This document shows positions 54,145 through 55,164 of a DNA stretch of 55,164 bases, one piece after another (positions within the stretch are counted from its first letter, which is position 1; each line of letters opens with the position of its first letter). Position numbers and translations under genes: made by a program. The stretch is from a virus (taxonomy: Duplodnaviria; Caudoviricetes). The notes under the pieces were generated by a model that saw only the letters and a list, made by a program, of their open reading frames with translations, was not told the origin of the DNA and made no database searches. The stretch is taken from the IMG/VR virus record IMGVR_UViG_3300046816_000301, positions 1-55,164 of that record. One strand, written 5' to 3'.

Positions 54145-55098
54145 TTACGACGGAGCCGCGTACAACTCAACCAGGGTCGTCCCGTCGATGACCTTGTAGC
54201 CATAGACCTGCAGGCCGCGCAGCAGCGTGCCGAAAGTGCTCTCGGAACGCAGCGTCTCCATCTCGCTGATCTGCGAGGCGAAGGTGAGGCCGGCCGGGTG
54301 CCCGCCAAAGACGCGGGTCACGGTATGCGTCGTGTCGGTCACCGTCGGCAGCAGGTTCGAGCTGTAGAGGGTGAACCGATCAATCATACCGAGCCGCCCG
54401 TTACGCACCAGCGAGACGCCGTCACCCGAAATCGAGGCGTTGCGCAGGTCCGACTTCTTAATCAGCGAGCCGATCCAGGGCGGGATGACCAGCCATCTCC
54501 CGGTCTCCGGGATGTTCTGCTCGTCGAGGCACTGACCCATATTGACGATCGAGTCGAGGATCGTCGTACCGGTCGGGATCACCGGCGCGCCGGTGGCGCC
54601 AAGGTTGACGTTGCCGCTGACCTTGCCCGCCGTCACGCCCTTATTCTTGACGTCGACACCGGCGTCGATACCTAACAGAACAGCGGCGTCGATGGTGATC
54701 TTGAGCTGCTCCGACGCGTCGTCCGCCCACATCGACAACAAATTCATGTCGCTTTGCCGCTCCATGATGTCGTCGAGCACCAGGTTAAAGTACTTAGCAT
54801 AATCAATCGTCAGCTCTACCGCCGTTGAGCTAGGCCGGTCGACGGTCAGCACCTGGTCGAGCTGGTAGTCGCGGATGGTGATCGTCGGCTTAGTGCGGAT
54901 CTTCACCTTATCGCCGAAGTTCCTGATCTCACCCTCGTAGTCGGTGTTGCTGATAGCAGCAAGCACCGTCGCGGCGTAGAACTTCTCGATGAGCTTACCA
55001 GACCAGATTTCCGGGATGAACACGCCACCAGCCGGCGCCCCGCTATAGGCGGGGTTCGCGGCCGATCCCAGATATGGCGTACCTTGTGCAATAGGCAT
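54145..55098 (-). CDS. Major capsid protein
   Basis: FIPEIWSGKL..KFY, NTDYEGEI...GD.V.I, LDEQNIPE.GRW, RGLQVYG.KV. Confidence 0.92.
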   Translation of the reverse strand: MPIAQGTPYLGSAANPAYSGAPAGGVFIPEIWSGKLIEKFYAATVLAAISNTDYEGEIRNFGDKVKIRTKPTITIRDYQLDQVLTVDRPSSTAVELTIDYAKYFNLVLDDIMERQSDMNLLSMWADDASEQLKITIDAAVLLGIDAGVDVKNKGVTAGKVSGNVNLGATGAPVIPTGTTILDSIVNMGQCLDEQNIPETGRWLVIPPWIGSLIKKSDLRNASISGDGVSLVRNGRLGMIDRFTLYSSNLLPTVTDTTHTVTRVFGGHPAGLTFASQISEMETLRSESTFGTLLRGLQVYGYKVIDGTTLVELYAAPS

Positions 55099-55118
55099 TG
55101 ACGGCCTCCGAGATTAGA

Positions 55119-55164
55119 TCATTGACGGATGCGCCCTTCGGCCGATGCCGCAAAGATGTCGGTC
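55119..55164 (-). CDS. 3' end of probable scaffolding protein (partial)
   Basis: ...TDIFAASAEGRIRQ* directly upstream of the capsid gene. Confidence 0.6.
   Translation of the reverse strand, partial: TDIFAASAEGRIRQ

Noticed and set aside
32242-54802. Numerous + strand ORFs opposite the virion genes (and - strand ORFs opposite the early genes)
   Set aside because: Shadow ORFs of GC-rich coding DNA: Arg/Pro-rich, no RBS, fully overlapping well-supported genes.

Overview
The window is most of a GC-rich, podovirus-like temperate phage genome, cut inside the head-gene region. It opens with a partial LPD23-domain gene, an HNH-AP2 nuclease and the portal (- strand). TerS/TerL and small genes follow divergently on the + strand. 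Next come a control/origin-like region (7.1-11.5 kb) and a + strand early/replication arm (MoxR-like AAA+ ATPase, HExxH/vWA protein, family A DNA polymerase, PD-(D/E)XK nuclease, VRR-NUC, SNF2 helicase, RNAP alpha-CTD-like protein, primase-DUF927). An excisionase and P4-type integrase follow, then a - strand virion arm (giant ejection protein, SLT protein, two S74-chaperone tail fibres, tail/adaptor proteins, major capsid, end of a probable scaffold gene). Four non-coding signals stand out. (1) A palindrome (T)CCCTAC-N0/1-GTAGGG(A) occurs 17 times exactly and 3 times with one mismatch by eye, at gene junctions, downstream of a perfect sigma70 promoter and inside genes. (2) A ~47-nt dispersed element with five copies has a stem that varies with compensatory changes. 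(3) An XRE repressor gene is split by an ~83-nt hairpin insert. (4) Helically phased iteron-like repeats lie beside an AT-rich tract. All calls are from reading motifs by eye; no database searches were run.
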